From Eledone cirrhosa (lineage: Eukaryota), in the NCBI GenBank assembly GCA_964016885.1, contig OZ024743.1:239196001-239260000 (forward strand): a DNA stretch of 64,000 bases, in the 5' to 3' direction. Positions 13,552 through 26,770 of this stretch are shown here, piece after piece; the stretch's first letter is position 1, and the number at the start of each line of letters is the position of its first letter. The translations under genes were made by a program, and so were the position numbers. The notes under the pieces are model-generated. The model saw only the letters and a list, made by a program, of their open reading frames with translations, made no database searches and had not been told where the DNA came from.

Positions 13552-14700
13552 AGATTAGTAGAGCGTAAGCACGTGGAGAAATAAATATAGGAGAACAAGC
13601 CGTTAAAACATGTTTATTTAAAATAGCACCTACGTACGTTTCGCCCGAATGGACTTCTGAAGGTCATAAATAACTAAAAAGTGTTCCTTACATGACTCGG
13701 AATGTGTTTTTAGAGATAAGTTCACGTCAGAGTTCATTCTTCGTAAAAAAAGCATGTATTGATTTTGCAGTAGGTCAAGGGAGATAACTCTGGTCGGTGT
13801 TAGGGCAGTCTTTTCCGGACAAATTTGTATCCGTTACCAGTATGTGGCAACTACCTTACCATTGTCGATACGCACAGGGTCAGGTATGCAACGTTTGTTT
13901 CGAGACGTTTCTTTGCAGCGCCTGCCCACCTGGGTCGATTCATGCCGGGTCTGGGATGCATGGTTAGTTTCCGGATGTTTTTTGCAGTGCCTGCCCGGTG
14001 GGGTGTTAAAGCTTGGTGCAGGGAGACCCCGTTTACGGTTTCACTCCTCGTTCTTATTCCATCTGGAGTAGGATATTTTTCAGCGGTGTGTGCAGCTTAT
14101 CGTCGTTTCAGCTCTGCTGTTGATGAGCTCGTGGGGTGCCGTTATGATGTGGTAGAGCTCCATGAGGCAAAGCTCGGACTTCCTCTTGAAGATGTACGGT
14201 GCAGCCCTGCCCACAATTTCCCAGTGCGTGGAGAAGCTGATGTTTGAGTCTTTTAATGCTGTGATGTAGTACGCGAGCGAAGTGGAGTGTCTTAGTTTCT
14301 TGTTTGCGAAAGAGTGGAGATGTGTTCAAAATCTAATTTTGAACGGGCCAGAGGTGGTCCCTATACAATGTTTAACGCTATTATGCTAGTTACGGTGCAC
14401 CTATATATAACCCTATCAGCGGCAGTTGCAATTTCGGTCGCGGTCCCTTCTAGTTCCCACGGTAAGGCTATTATTATTGCTATCTACGTTGCTACCTACG
14501 CTCCCACACCTGTCATTAGCACCATTATAACCCACTGCGTGCGGGGTGGTACCATTATTATTCAGAACGCAGCAGCGCCTTCCGTTGCTGCCAGGTGACC
14601 CGTGCGGGTCACTTGCATACTCCCCAGTCATGTCGCGTATGTGTTGATTGCGTCTGTAGTGGCTGTTGCCAGCACTATTGGATGCTGCTAGGGAGTTATT
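13552..14700 (-). mobile_element. PLE 3' fragment (degraded GIY-YIG C-terminus + pLTR), same family as the 63170-63640 foldback
   Basis: The minus strand encodes WEIVGRAAPY...LCLMELYHI...INSRAE near 14110-14225. 13552-13780 aligns with 63175-63400 and includes GGGC-GAAAC-GTAC-GTA. Confidence 0.75.
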
Positions 14701-14726
14701 ATTATTATATATATATATATAAAAAA

Positions 14727-15603
14727 AATGTTCGCTCTACATGGATGAATAAAATAAATGTAATCTGAGTTTTTCAAATATTAATGATAACAATCATCTC
14801 GTTTGCAATTATGCAAATAAGCCTCAACTTTATAGCCATGTCAGTAGAATGAACACTTCATTCTTCCTCTTGTGTTGGCATGTGAACAGAACTGCAGACA
14901 CCAATGTTTCTGGGTATCAACATTCATCAGTACAGCTCACTGTTCACCTGCCAAACTGTCAGAGCTTGTGAAAATATATGCTATTTTCAAAAATATGCAG
15001 TGACTGATCGGCCTGATTTGCATATTAGCAGACTGGCTGATCAGTCAGATCTGCATATTATCAGATCCACTGATCAGCCAGATTTGCATATCAGCAGACT
15101 GGCCAGTCAGTTTCCTGTATACGAGCGATAAATGGCCGGCGTTGTCAAATTCAAATAAAAAAGAAAATTTTAAACTCTCCATGGCTGAATACAATAAATG
15201 TAATCTAAGTTTTTCGAATATTCATAATAACATTTGAATTTGGCATCGCTCGTATACAGGAAACTGACTGGCCAGTCTACTGATATGCGAATCTGGCTGA
15301 TCAGTGGATCTGCCAATATGCAGATCTGAATGATCAGCTAGTCTGCAAATCAGACCGATCTGTCACTGTGTACTTTTCAAAATACCATATATTTTCACTA
15401 GCTCTGACAGTTTGGTAGGTGAACAGAGAGTTGTACTGATGAAGGGTGATACCCAGAAACATTAGTGCCTGCAGTTCTGTTCACATGCCAACACAAGAGC
15501 AAGAATGAAGGGCTCATTCTACTGACATGGCTATAAAATTGAGGCTTGTTTGCATAATGCAAACGAATCGAATGTTATTAATATTCGAAAAACTCGGATT
15601 ACA
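14727..15603. mobile_element. HHR-bearing foldback insertion
   Basis: About 14757-15129 is the reverse complement of about 15245-15603. The spacer contains a direct copy of the element's own left end. Flanked by (TA)n. Confidence 0.85.
15431..15474 (+). ncRNA. Hammerhead ribozyme (inverted copy 14892-14935)
   Basis: TTGTA-CTGATGA-AGGGTGATACCCA-GAAAC-ATTAGT-GCC-TGCAG. The opposite arm retains the GTC cleavage triplet. Confidence 0.7.
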
Positions 15604-15819
15604 TATATATATATATATAATGTTATATTTGGGGAGGGCCAGACTATTATAACATTGCCAGAAATAATGATAAAACACACTCACTGTTTGGTCCAGATTG
15701 GTTTACGCTTCTGTATCTTTCATATCTCTATAGTTAATTTATCTGGCAGTCAATGTTTATCATATTTGTTTCAACACACGATTTAATATCAAAATCCTTG
15801 CAAAGCAAATATATATATG

Positions 15820-15883
<64 letters not shown>

Positions 15884-15923
15884 TATGTTTGTGTGTGCGT
15901 GTGTGTAGATAAATATTCGTGTG

Positions 15924-15999
<76 letters not shown>

Positions 16000-16001
<2 letters not shown>

Positions 16002-16630
16002 CAAATGGAAGTTTAGTAAAATCGAAGTATTGGCTGTGGCCAATCTAACGATATACAATTAGGAATGTGCATCAAAGCACTCGATAAGGTTGTGACACCT
16101 TAGAGTAATAACATACATTAGATAGCTTAATATGCTTGTAAACCTGTGTGTTATATTATTTGATACCCTTGCCATACTGTAATATATATGCCTAGTATCA
16201 TTGCTTGTTACCTACCTAGCTGTCCTGTATATGGCTAACACATTTGCAATCTCTATACGCTTGCATATGTACTGCTAATGTACTCATTTTGCGAGTAACT
16301 TTCTGCCTTAATGCCTCTTTAATTGTTATACTATTCTCTTGTAATCTCTGTCACATCTACTCCACTGTAAATACGAAACTGTTGATGACAACATTAATAT
16401 CCATGTATCTATATGACTGTTCTGTCGAATAGGAAGTTAATTATATGTCCAAACTTTGCAAGTGCTCCGATGAATTAAAACGAAAGTTGTGAAGAAACGA
16501 TTGTCAGCAATAAAATGTTTTGAGCATAGTTTTGATTATTGTGTAATTTATATTCCTGCTCTGTAAAAGATCTGATGTAGATACATTGAGGTATTTTTCT
16601 TACTGGTAATAAGGTAGTAATGAATTACTA
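16000..16630 (+). mobile_element. PLE pLTR-like segment with hammerhead at 16463-16509
   Basis: TGCT-CCGATGA-...-GAAAC-GATT-GTC^-AGCA, with one core change. Lies between TA-rich tracts. Confidence 0.55.
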
Positions 16631-16671
16631 ACCTTTCCTGTTTATAATTATATATAGTGTATATATAAGTA

Positions 16672-16860
16672 TAAATAATTGTTTCTACTTTAGGCACAAG
16701 GCCAGCAAATTACCCAGTGCATTACTGGTACTTTATTTCATCGACCCCGTGAGGATGAAAGGCAAATTAACCTCGGCGGGATTTGAACTCAGATCGTAAA
16801 GGGACGTAACTATGCTGGAAGGCATGGCGTCCGACCCTCTACCGATACTGCCAATCCACA
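16672..16860 (-). mobile_element. tRNA-derived SINE
   Basis: Minus strand has A-box-like TGGCAGTATCGG, B-box GAGTTCAAATCC and central GCCTTTCATCCTCACGGGGTCGATGAAATAAAGTACCAG. Related copies are at about 47400-47560, 48433-48485 and 53131-53322. Confidence 0.8.
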
Positions 16861-16928
16861 TAAATAATATTATTATTATATATATATATATTTGTGTATA
16901 TATATATATGCATATATTTGTATATATC

Positions 16929-16974
<46 letters not shown>

Positions 16975-17159
16975 GATAAATCTACCAAGAGTTTACGGTA
17001 GTGTCCAATCCGTATGAAGAACTCAATGTATTCCGGATATCATGGAAAGAAGAGATGTAATGAAAATCCAATTTCGGTGAAAGATAAACGGTATACAGAG
17101 TCAAGATAAAATATTAAACAAATAATGAACAAACAATTCCTTATATTAAACAAAAAAAG

Positions 17160-17314
17160 TTCACTATTTAACGATCGTTTCTAGGGTATATATGTGCTAT
17201 AATTGGTATGCATATTTAACAGATCTATGTACAAAATTATACAAAATTATACAAATTATCAAGATTAAATATACATACCTAACTCATATATACGCCGTCT
17301 TCAGAAATAATGAA
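17160..17314 (-). ncRNA. Type-I hammerhead ribozyme with about 115-nt stem II (copy 1)
   Basis: Reverse complement of 32248-32402. Confidence 0.8.
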
Positions 17315-17399
17315 GTATATTTATTGATAATAACAACAATTCAAAATATCAGTTCAAAATTGACCAATGAAAACACAAAGGGTTAAAAAGCAGTTTGGT

Positions 17400-18088
17400 G
17401 TGTGTATATACATGTAAAACCCTACACACATTTTACAATAATGTGTGTATAATATGTATGTGCATACTAAAAAGATGGATGCAAATAAAAAATTTCAAGG
17501 TTAATATCTCTGTAAGCTTAATGCGCTGATAAGATACGCAATGATACTTATGTAGTCAAGCATATAAATATATTTTTTTCATACTCACACATATCAGTAT
17601 AATCACACATACATGTGCGTATATATATAAATATACACATAACCACGAACACACAAACACACACACACCCCCCACTCACATTTATATATGTGGATATAAA
17701 ATCATAAGCAAATAGAAATTAAGTCACTCACATAAACACACTGGTACACACATTTCAAGATCAAGATACAGAAATTAGGTGGGAGGGGGGGGGGAGGGGT
17801 CAGTATTAGGTTGTCAGACCAGACAGCCTAATATAAATGTATCTATAAATTATGAAAAATAAAAAAATAAAAACAATAAAATATATTACATATAATATAA
17901 TGTACATACGCATACAGATATACATACACATACATACATGTACGCGCACATAGAGATATCTACACATACATACATACACACATACCTATACTGTCATACA
18001 CACACATACATTTACACGAACATACACATACACATATAAAAAGATAAAAATACAGACACACACACGCGCAACACATACACACATACAC

Positions 18089-18129
<41 letters not shown>

Positions 18130-18240
18130 TATACACACACACACATAGACTCATATATATATACATACACATACATATACTTATACATAAACATATATAT
18201 CCCACACTCATACCACCATGAAAACACATACAAACATCCA

Positions 18241-18299
<59 letters not shown>

Positions 18300-18391
18300 A
18301 TACACACACGTACACATATATGCATATATACATACATATATACACACATACACATATATATATATACACACACACATAAAATACAGACATG

Positions 18392-18422
<31 letters not shown>

Positions 18423-18518
18423 TTCATTACCCTTATATATACACATAGTATATATACATACACAACCTCACTTATACACATATACACATAAGTTATATTA
18501 CAATAATAATAAAGAATA

Positions 18519-18549
<31 letters not shown>

Positions 18550-20309
18550 TATACACACATATACACATATACATACATACACATACATATACATACATAC
18601 ATACACATACATACATACACCTAAATATAAACATATATAAATACACACATACGAATAAAGACATATATTCACACATAGACACCTATATACACATATATAT
18701 ATATATATAATTATATATATATATATATATCTATATACACACACATACACATACATACACATATATATATATATACACATATATACACACGCACACACAT
18801 ACAGACACACATACACACTCACATATATATATATATATATATATATATGTGTATGTGAGTGTGCGCAAATACATACATATATATACACACACACATACAA
18901 ACACACACAAACACATACATATGCATACATGCACACACACTCACATATATCACATAGATACGAAGATAAACATATAAATAGAGAGACATACAAATATATA
19001 CAGAACCCATATACACATACATGCAAACACGCATATACATATATACATATATACACACATATATATTCCTATATACAAGCATACACATACACACACATAT
19101 ATACATATACCTACACATATATATACCACACATTCACATACACGTACATATATAATACATATATATACATACATATACATACATATGTATGTACAATCAT
19201 ATATACACACTCAATCTTACATTCATATTTACATGCTCATATATGTATTTTTATATCTAGAAAAAAATACCAAAAAAACTATATAGACACCCATCTACCC
19301 ATATATTCATACATATACACTTACAAAAACAGATGATAATAGTATGGGGGAAAGGGGGGGGTTTGGAGAAGGGGATCAAAGTAAATATATGTTTCAAGAA
19401 ACCTATAATATTTTCCATATCTTAATTCAATGTATGTTCTTACATATTTTCAATGCTAGGAGATACGAAATCTATGCATCACAAAATAAAAAAGTATACC
19501 ATTAATCATATGTCAACTAAACCAAAGATAGTCAACATATTGATTTCCAAGGTGTAAATTAGTTAGGTTTATAATATTTGAAGCAGAATTATGAAGTCAA
19601 ACAGTAGTAGATTATTAATTACATTATAACTAAATTAAAGTTAATAATAGGGAAAAGAAACCCAAATAAAAATAAAATAAAGTATTACATCGGTAGTAGC
19701 ATATAAATTATATGTTAACTAAGTTAAAAATTATATATTTATTTCAATAGTATATGTTAATTAGTATATGTTAATTAGGTATACAATACATAAAGCAGAT
19801 ATTGTATTTCATCAATAGCATAATATAATTATATGCAAATAAAAATCAAAATTAATACGCATACACATACATATACATACACATACACATACATATACAT
19901 ATATATACACATATATATATATATATATATACATATATATACACACATACATACATATATAGTCACATAAATATACATACAGATACACATACAATACACA
20001 CATATACATATACATATAGATATACATATCTTTTTCAAAAAAATTTGCACAGAATATATTAACTAGGTATATATCCAAAAACACCTCCCATTCTATGATT
20101 ACATGAAATTCTGCAATTCGTCTGTACAAGGATACTAATTTTAAGCAAATTAAAATTAAAATTAAAGTTTTAGGTTGATTAAAGCTAAAACCAAATAATA
20201 AATATATTTCCAAAATGTATATTAATTAGGTCAATAATACTAAAAATTCTTTCTCCGTCATAGGATACATGATATTATTTTGTTATATTTTATCTGTAAA
20301 AGAATTATA

Positions 20310-20345
<36 letters not shown>

Positions 20346-20563
20346 TAATAAAAGGTTAAACTAAATTAAAAAATTATAATAAAAGGTTAAAATAAGTTAA
20401 AATTAATCTATAAATTAAATTACTGAATATATATTAGTAATATTTAAAGGTTTTTCAAAATTAATGATTACATAATATTTTCTCATCTGTAATAAAATAT
20501 TAATTAAATTAAATTTATAGGTTAACTAACATTTAAATTAAATTAAATTCTAGAATAATGTTA
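17400..20563 (-). repeat. Microsatellite-rich 3' UTR of the PLE ((TA)n/(TG)n/(TATG)n mosaics and a poly-U tract)
   Basis: The same mosaic is repeated at about 23590-26770 and inverted at about 28988-32160. Confidence 0.9.
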
Positions 20564-23026
20564 TTAATTAGGTTTATAATATTTAAATGTTTTTTTTAGT
20601 TTATGATTACACGATATAATTAATTCCTGTCTTTTATTTAATAAGATATCCCTAGACTTCATTATTTCAAATAGTTCTTGGGAACATAATCTACATTCCT
20701 TTCTATTATTTTGATAAGGGGTGGCTCTTTTGAGCACACTCCAGGTCAAATCATATTTTATATTTTTATTTTTATAACTATTGATTTTTTCTGCTAGAGA
20801 TGTTGTATTAGCCAGTGCGGCATTTTTAAAGCTATGTTTGTGGGTATTATACCTTGTCTTAAAATTGTTAGAGGTAGCTCCTATATATGTGCAAATAGAA
20901 TCTTTAGTTTTAACATTACATTTATAGACTATGTTGTTAACAAGACAATTCCCTTTTAATGGGCAGTTTGTTTTGTTTCTACAGTTACATCCTTTCGTTA
21001 ATTCTGTATTTGAGGAGATATTATTGTTAATTTGATGTACTGGTGGTATACTTATAGTTTTCTTACATTTATATGCATTATATGCACTTATATTTTGTTT
21101 TATGTTATTTGTTGTAGAATATGAGAATTTAACTGTAGACCTATTTAAGATTTGATGGTATTTGTGGTTTGGCGGGAAGTTTTTCTCAAGGATATAAAAA
21201 AATTTTTTAGCAATATTATCCTTAACTTGTAAATTAAAAGGAGCATTATACCAAGTAACTCGTCTATTACGGTTTCTATGTTGTTTATTATTTTTATTAT
21301 TTTTATATGTTGTATCATGATTTTTACTAGGAGGAATAATGTTAATGATCTCACCACAACTATTTTTAGTTATATTTGTAGATTTAGGTGTTTTATCTTT
21401 TTTATTAGGAGTTTTATTATTAATATTTATTATAGTCTTATGATGAGTAGTTTTTTGAGGGTTACTATACTTTATATTAGAAGATTTAGTATTTTGGGGT
21501 ATACTGTGGGTGGCATTTAGGTGTGTACCTTTCATTTGGTGTTTGTTGGTAATATTATGCTGTATGTTTTCAGTATTTTTAGTAGAAGTTATATACTCTA
21601 ATCTATTTTTGTGGCCACTTCTATCTAGAGCTTCATTATAAAAGGTCGCATTTTTATCAAATACATCTTGGTTAGAAGAAAGGTTAGAAATTCTAAGTGA
21701 TATATTATATGCAAGGTTTTTAAGGATAGATTTAGGGTGATTAGATTGTGAGTGTATGTAATGTAAGTTTTGGTTAGGTTTATGGTAAGGTTGGTATATA
21801 CCCGTAGCTAAATCTAAAGTTATATCTAGGAAATTTACTACTTTACTTGTTTTTTCAAAAGTAATATTAAGATTATAATAGTCCTTAAGGAAAGTTCTAA
21901 TATGCTTTTTGTTTTTTTCGATTTCTGAAAGGCTAAGGTTGTTAGAAAGAAGAAGACAGTCATCACGATATAAACCACCTTTGAGGTGGGGAAAAGAGGC
22001 ATTTATGTTGAAAAGGAGAAAGAGGCCCACAAGATCAGTAATTTGGGCAGAATCGCTTGAACCCATAGTAATATCAAAAAGATTACTATAAGTGTTTCTG
22101 GTCCAGTATTCATTCTGAAATTCAATAAGTGTTTGTCTAGCATGTGTAATAATGTTAATGTCATCCGAAGTTAAATTAGATCTATTTTTAGCAAATATTA
22201 ATGCTTTGTTCAGGAGTATGGGTGATATAGAAGAATAATAGTTATCTATATCAAACTGTAGGAAAGAAGCAGAAGATTTACACCTAATATTTTTAAACCA
22301 ATTAATTACCTGGGAGGTGTTTTCCCAGAGTGGTAAAATAACGTATTTTCTTATTTGTGGGATGACTCTATCTAAAATTTTTTTGCTAATTATTCCAATA
22401 TCTGATTTGGAGGGACATATAAGTCTAATAGAAGGATTAGAGTTAAAGTTAGATTTGTGATCTTTCAGGTTGAAGTGTGGACTTCTCAATGCCAAAGGTT
22501 CAGTTCTATCTTCAATATTTAGTTTTTTTACTATGTTGTGTGTTTTGTTGTTGATGTTGGTGAGTGACGCATTATTAGATTTTTTATAACTTTTTCTGAG
22601 TTCTTTATATATGAACTCATTATAATGTTCAATATCCATATGATACAAGTTACCAGTTTTGTCCGAGTGGACATGGATTTTTTTAGACTTTTTTAGGTCC
22701 AATAGGGTAGAATCAAGGTCCTTTTGAAAGACGGATTTATACTTTTTAAATTTGAGGTGTTTAATTAAATTAAAAAGGTCTTTCTCGAAGTCTTCAAGTA
22801 AAAAGTTGTGTGGTGGATTCTTGTAAGTGTTGAAATCATACATATATTTCCGATCTGCTTGTTTAGACTTTCTATCAAAGTGGTAGGCTCTCCATCTAAC
22901 CCTTCTGATAAAATTATTAGTTTTCTGAATCATAAGGAGTAAGAAGTCGTCCTTAGAAGGTATTGGTATGTTTTTTAAGGAGGTTCCTAAATATTGTTTT
23001 TCCATTGTGATATGGATGATGGACAA
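20564..23026 (-). CDS. Intact Penelope-like RT + C-terminal GIY-YIG endonuclease polyprotein (first ATG at 23005, about 813 aa)
   Basis: Uninterrupted ORF with SLKNIPIP, SDKTGNLY, FLQFDIDNYY, ITMGS, GLYRDD, FLDITL, SNHP, WYNAPF, linker CNCRNKTNCPLKGNC, NIVYKC...YIGAT (GIY-YIG) and CRLC...E...N...CNH. Confidence 0.95.
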   Translation of the reverse strand: MSIIHITMEKQYLGTSLKNIPIPSKDDFLLLMIQKTNNFIRRVRWRAYHFDRKSKQADRKYMYDFNTYKNPPHNFLLEDFEKDLFNLIKHLKFKKYKSVFQKDLDSTLLDLKKSKKIHVHSDKTGNLYHMDIEHYNEFIYKELRKSYKKSNNASLTNINNKTHNIVKKLNIEDRTEPLALRSPHFNLKDHKSNFNSNPSIRLICPSKSDIGIISKKILDRVIPQIRKYVILPLWENTSQVINWFKNIRCKSSASFLQFDIDNYYSSISPILLNKALIFAKNRSNLTSDDINIITHARQTLIEFQNEYWTRNTYSNLFDITMGSSDSAQITDLVGLFLLFNINASFPHLKGGLYRDDCLLLSNNLSLSEIEKNKKHIRTFLKDYYNLNITFEKTSKVVNFLDITLDLATGIYQPYHKPNQNLHYIHSQSNHPKSILKNLAYNISLRISNLSSNQDVFDKNATFYNEALDRSGHKNRLEYITSTKNTENIQHNITNKHQMKGTHLNATHSIPQNTKSSNIKYSNPQKTTHHKTIININNKTPNKKDKTPKSTNITKNSCGEIINIIPPSKNHDTTYKNNKNNKQHRNRNRRVTWYNAPFNLQVKDNIAKKFFYILEKNFPPNHKYHQILNRSTVKFSYSTTNNIKQNISAYNAYKCKKTISIPPVHQINNNISSNTELTKGCNCRNKTNCPLKGNCLVNNIVYKCNVKTKDSICTYIGATSNNFKTRYNTHKHSFKNAALANTTSLAEKINSYKNKNIKYDLTWSVLKRATPYQNNRKECRLCSQELFEIMKSRDILLNKRQELIISCNHKLKKTFKYYKPN

Positions 23027-23348
23027 TTGAAAGAGCTCAACTAAATGTATATGGGTTTACAAAATCATACATATATATATGTATATACATAAATATAAAA
23101 TTAATACACACATACAGTACAAAAATACGAATATTTCCGTGAAAATAGGAGCAAAATTATGTAGATAAATCTACCAAGAGTTTACGGTAGTGTCCAATCC
23201 GTATGAAGAACTCAATGTATTCCGGATATCATGGAAAGAAGAGATGTAATGAAAATCCAATTTCGGTGAAAGATAAACGGTATACAGAGTCAAGATAAAA
23301 TATTAAACAAATAATGAACAAACAATTCCTTATATTAAACAAAAAAAG

Positions 23349-23503
23349 TTCACTATTTAACGATCGTTTCTAGGGTATATATGTGCTATAATTGGTATGC
23401 ATATTTAACAGATCTATGTACAAAATTATACAAAATTATACAAATTATCAAGATTAAATATACATACCTAACTCATATATACGCCGTCTTCAGAAATAAT
23501 GAA
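23349..23503 (-). ncRNA. Type-I hammerhead ribozyme with about 115-nt stem II (copy 2, about 350 nt upstream of the intact ORF's ATG)
   Basis: Identical to copy 1, offset by 6189 bp. Confidence 0.8.
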
Positions 23504-24276
23504 GTATATTTATTGATAATAACAACAATTCAAAATATCAGTTCAAAATTGACCAATGAAAACACAAAGGGTTAAAAAGCAGTTTGGTGTGTGTATATAC
23601 ATGTAAAACCCTACACACATTTTACAATAATGTGTGTATAATATGTATGTGCATACTAAAAAGATGGATGCAAATAAAAAATTTCAAGGTTAATATCTCT
23701 GTAAGCTTAATGCGCTGATAAGATACGCAATGATACTTATGTAGTCAAGCATATAAATATATTTTTTTCATACTCACACATATCAGTATAATCACACATA
23801 CATGTGCGTATATATATAAATATACACATAACCACGAACACACAAACACACACACACCCCCCACTCACATTTATATATGTGGATATAAAATCATAAGCAA
23901 ATAGAAATTAAGTCACTCACATAAACACACTGGTACACACATTTCAAGATCAAGATACAGAAATTAGGTGGGAGGGGGGGGGAGGGGTCAGTATTAGGTT
24001 GTCAGACCAGACAGCCTAATATAAATGTATCTATAAATTATGAAAAATAAAAAAATAAAAACAATAAAATATATTACATATAATATAATGTACATACGCA
24101 TACAGATATACATACACATACATACATGTACGCGCACATAGAGATATCTACACATACATACATACACACATACCTATACTGTCATACACACACATACATT
24201 TACACGAACATACACATACACATATAAAAAGATAAAAATACAGACACACACACGCGCAACACATACACACATACAC

Positions 24277-24317
<41 letters not shown>

Positions 24318-24430
24318 TATACACACACACACACATAGACTCATATATATATACATACACATACATATACTTATACATAAACATATATATCCCACACTCA
24401 TACCACCATGAAAACACATACAAACATCCA

Positions 24431-24491
<61 letters not shown>

Positions 24492-24583
24492 ATACACACA
24501 CGTACACATATATGCATATATACATACATATATACACACATACACATATATATATATACACACACACATAAAATACAGACATG

Positions 24584-24614
<31 letters not shown>

Positions 24615-24706
24615 TTCATTACCCTTATATATACACATAGTATATATACATACACAACCTCACTTATACACATATACACATAAGTTATATTACAATAATA
24701 ATAAAG

Positions 24707-24743
<37 letters not shown>

Positions 24744-26503
24744 TATACACACATATACACATATACATACATACACATACATATACATACATACATACAC
24801 ATACATACATACACCTAAATATAAACATATATAAATACACACATACGAATAAAGACATATATTCACACATAGACACCTATATACACATATATATATATAT
24901 ATAATTATATATATATATATATATCTATATACACACACATACACATACATACACATATATATATATATACACATATATACACACGCACACACATACAGAC
25001 ACACATACACACTCACATATATATATATATATATATATATATGTGTATGTGAGTGTGCGCAAATACATACATATATATACACACACACATACAAACACAC
25101 ACAAACACATACATATGCATACATGCACACACACTCACATATATCACATAGATACGAAGATAAACATATAAATAGAGAGACATACAAATATATACAGAAC
25201 CCATATACACATACATGCAAACACGCATATACATATATACATATATACACACATATATATTCCTATATACAAGCATACACATACACACACATATATACAT
25301 ATACCTACACATATATATACCACACATTCACATACACGTACATATATAATACATATATATACATACATATACATACATATGTATGTACAATCATATATAC
25401 ACACTCAATCTTACATTCATATTTACATGCTCATATATGTATTTTTATATCTAGAAAAAAATACCAAAAAAACTATATAGACACCCATCTACCCATATAT
25501 TCATACATATACACTTACAAAAACAGATGATAATAGTATGGGGGAAAGGGGGGGGTTTGGAGAAGGGGATCAAAGTAAATATATGTTTCAAGAAACCTAT
25601 AATATTTTCCATATCTTAATTCAATGTATGTTCTTACATATTTTCAATGCTAGGAGATACGAAATCTATGCATCACAAAATAAAAAAGTATACCATTAAT
25701 CATATGTCAACTAAACCAAAGATAGTCAACATATTGATTTCCAAGGTGTAAATTAGTTAGGTTTATAATATTTGAAGCAGAATTATGAAGTCAAACAGTA
25801 GTAGATTATTAATTACATTATAACTAAATTAAAGTTAATAATAGGGAAAAGAAACCCAAATAAAAATAAAATAAAGTATTACATCGGTAGTAGCATATAA
25901 ATTATATGTTAACTAAGTTAAAAATTATATATTTATTTCAATAGTATATGTTAATTAGTATATGTTAATTAGGTATACAATACATAAAGCAGATATTGTA
26001 TTTCATCAATAGCATAATATAATTATATGCAAATAAAAATCAAAATTAATACGCATACACATACATATACATACACATACACATACATATACATATATAT
26101 ACACATATATATATATATATATATACATATATATACACACATACATACATATATAGTCACATAAATATACATACAGATACACATACAATACACACATATA
26201 CATATACATATAGATATACATATCTTTTTCAAAAAAATTTGCACAGAATATATTAACTAGGTATATATCCAAAAACACCTCCCATTCTATGATTACATGA
26301 AATTCTGCAATTCGTCTGTACAAGGATACTAATTTTAAGCAAATTAAAATTAAAATTAAAGTTTTAGGTTGATTAAAGCTAAAACCAAATAATAAATATA
26401 TTTCCAAAATGTATATTAATTAGGTCAATAATACTAAAAATTCTTTCTCCGTCATAGGATACATGATATTATTTTGTTATATTTTATCTGTAAAAGAATT
26501 ATA

Positions 26504-26552
<49 letters not shown>

Positions 26553-26770
26553 TAATAAAAGGTTAAACTAAATTAAAAAATTATAATAAAAGGTTAAAAT
26601 AAGTTAAAATTAATCTATAAATTAAATTACTGAATATATATTAGTAATATTTAAAGGTTTTTCAAAATTAATGATTACATAATATTTTCTCATCTGTAAT
26701 AAAATATTAATTAAATTAAATTTATAGGTTAACTAACATTTAAATTAAATTAAATTCTAGAATAATGTTA

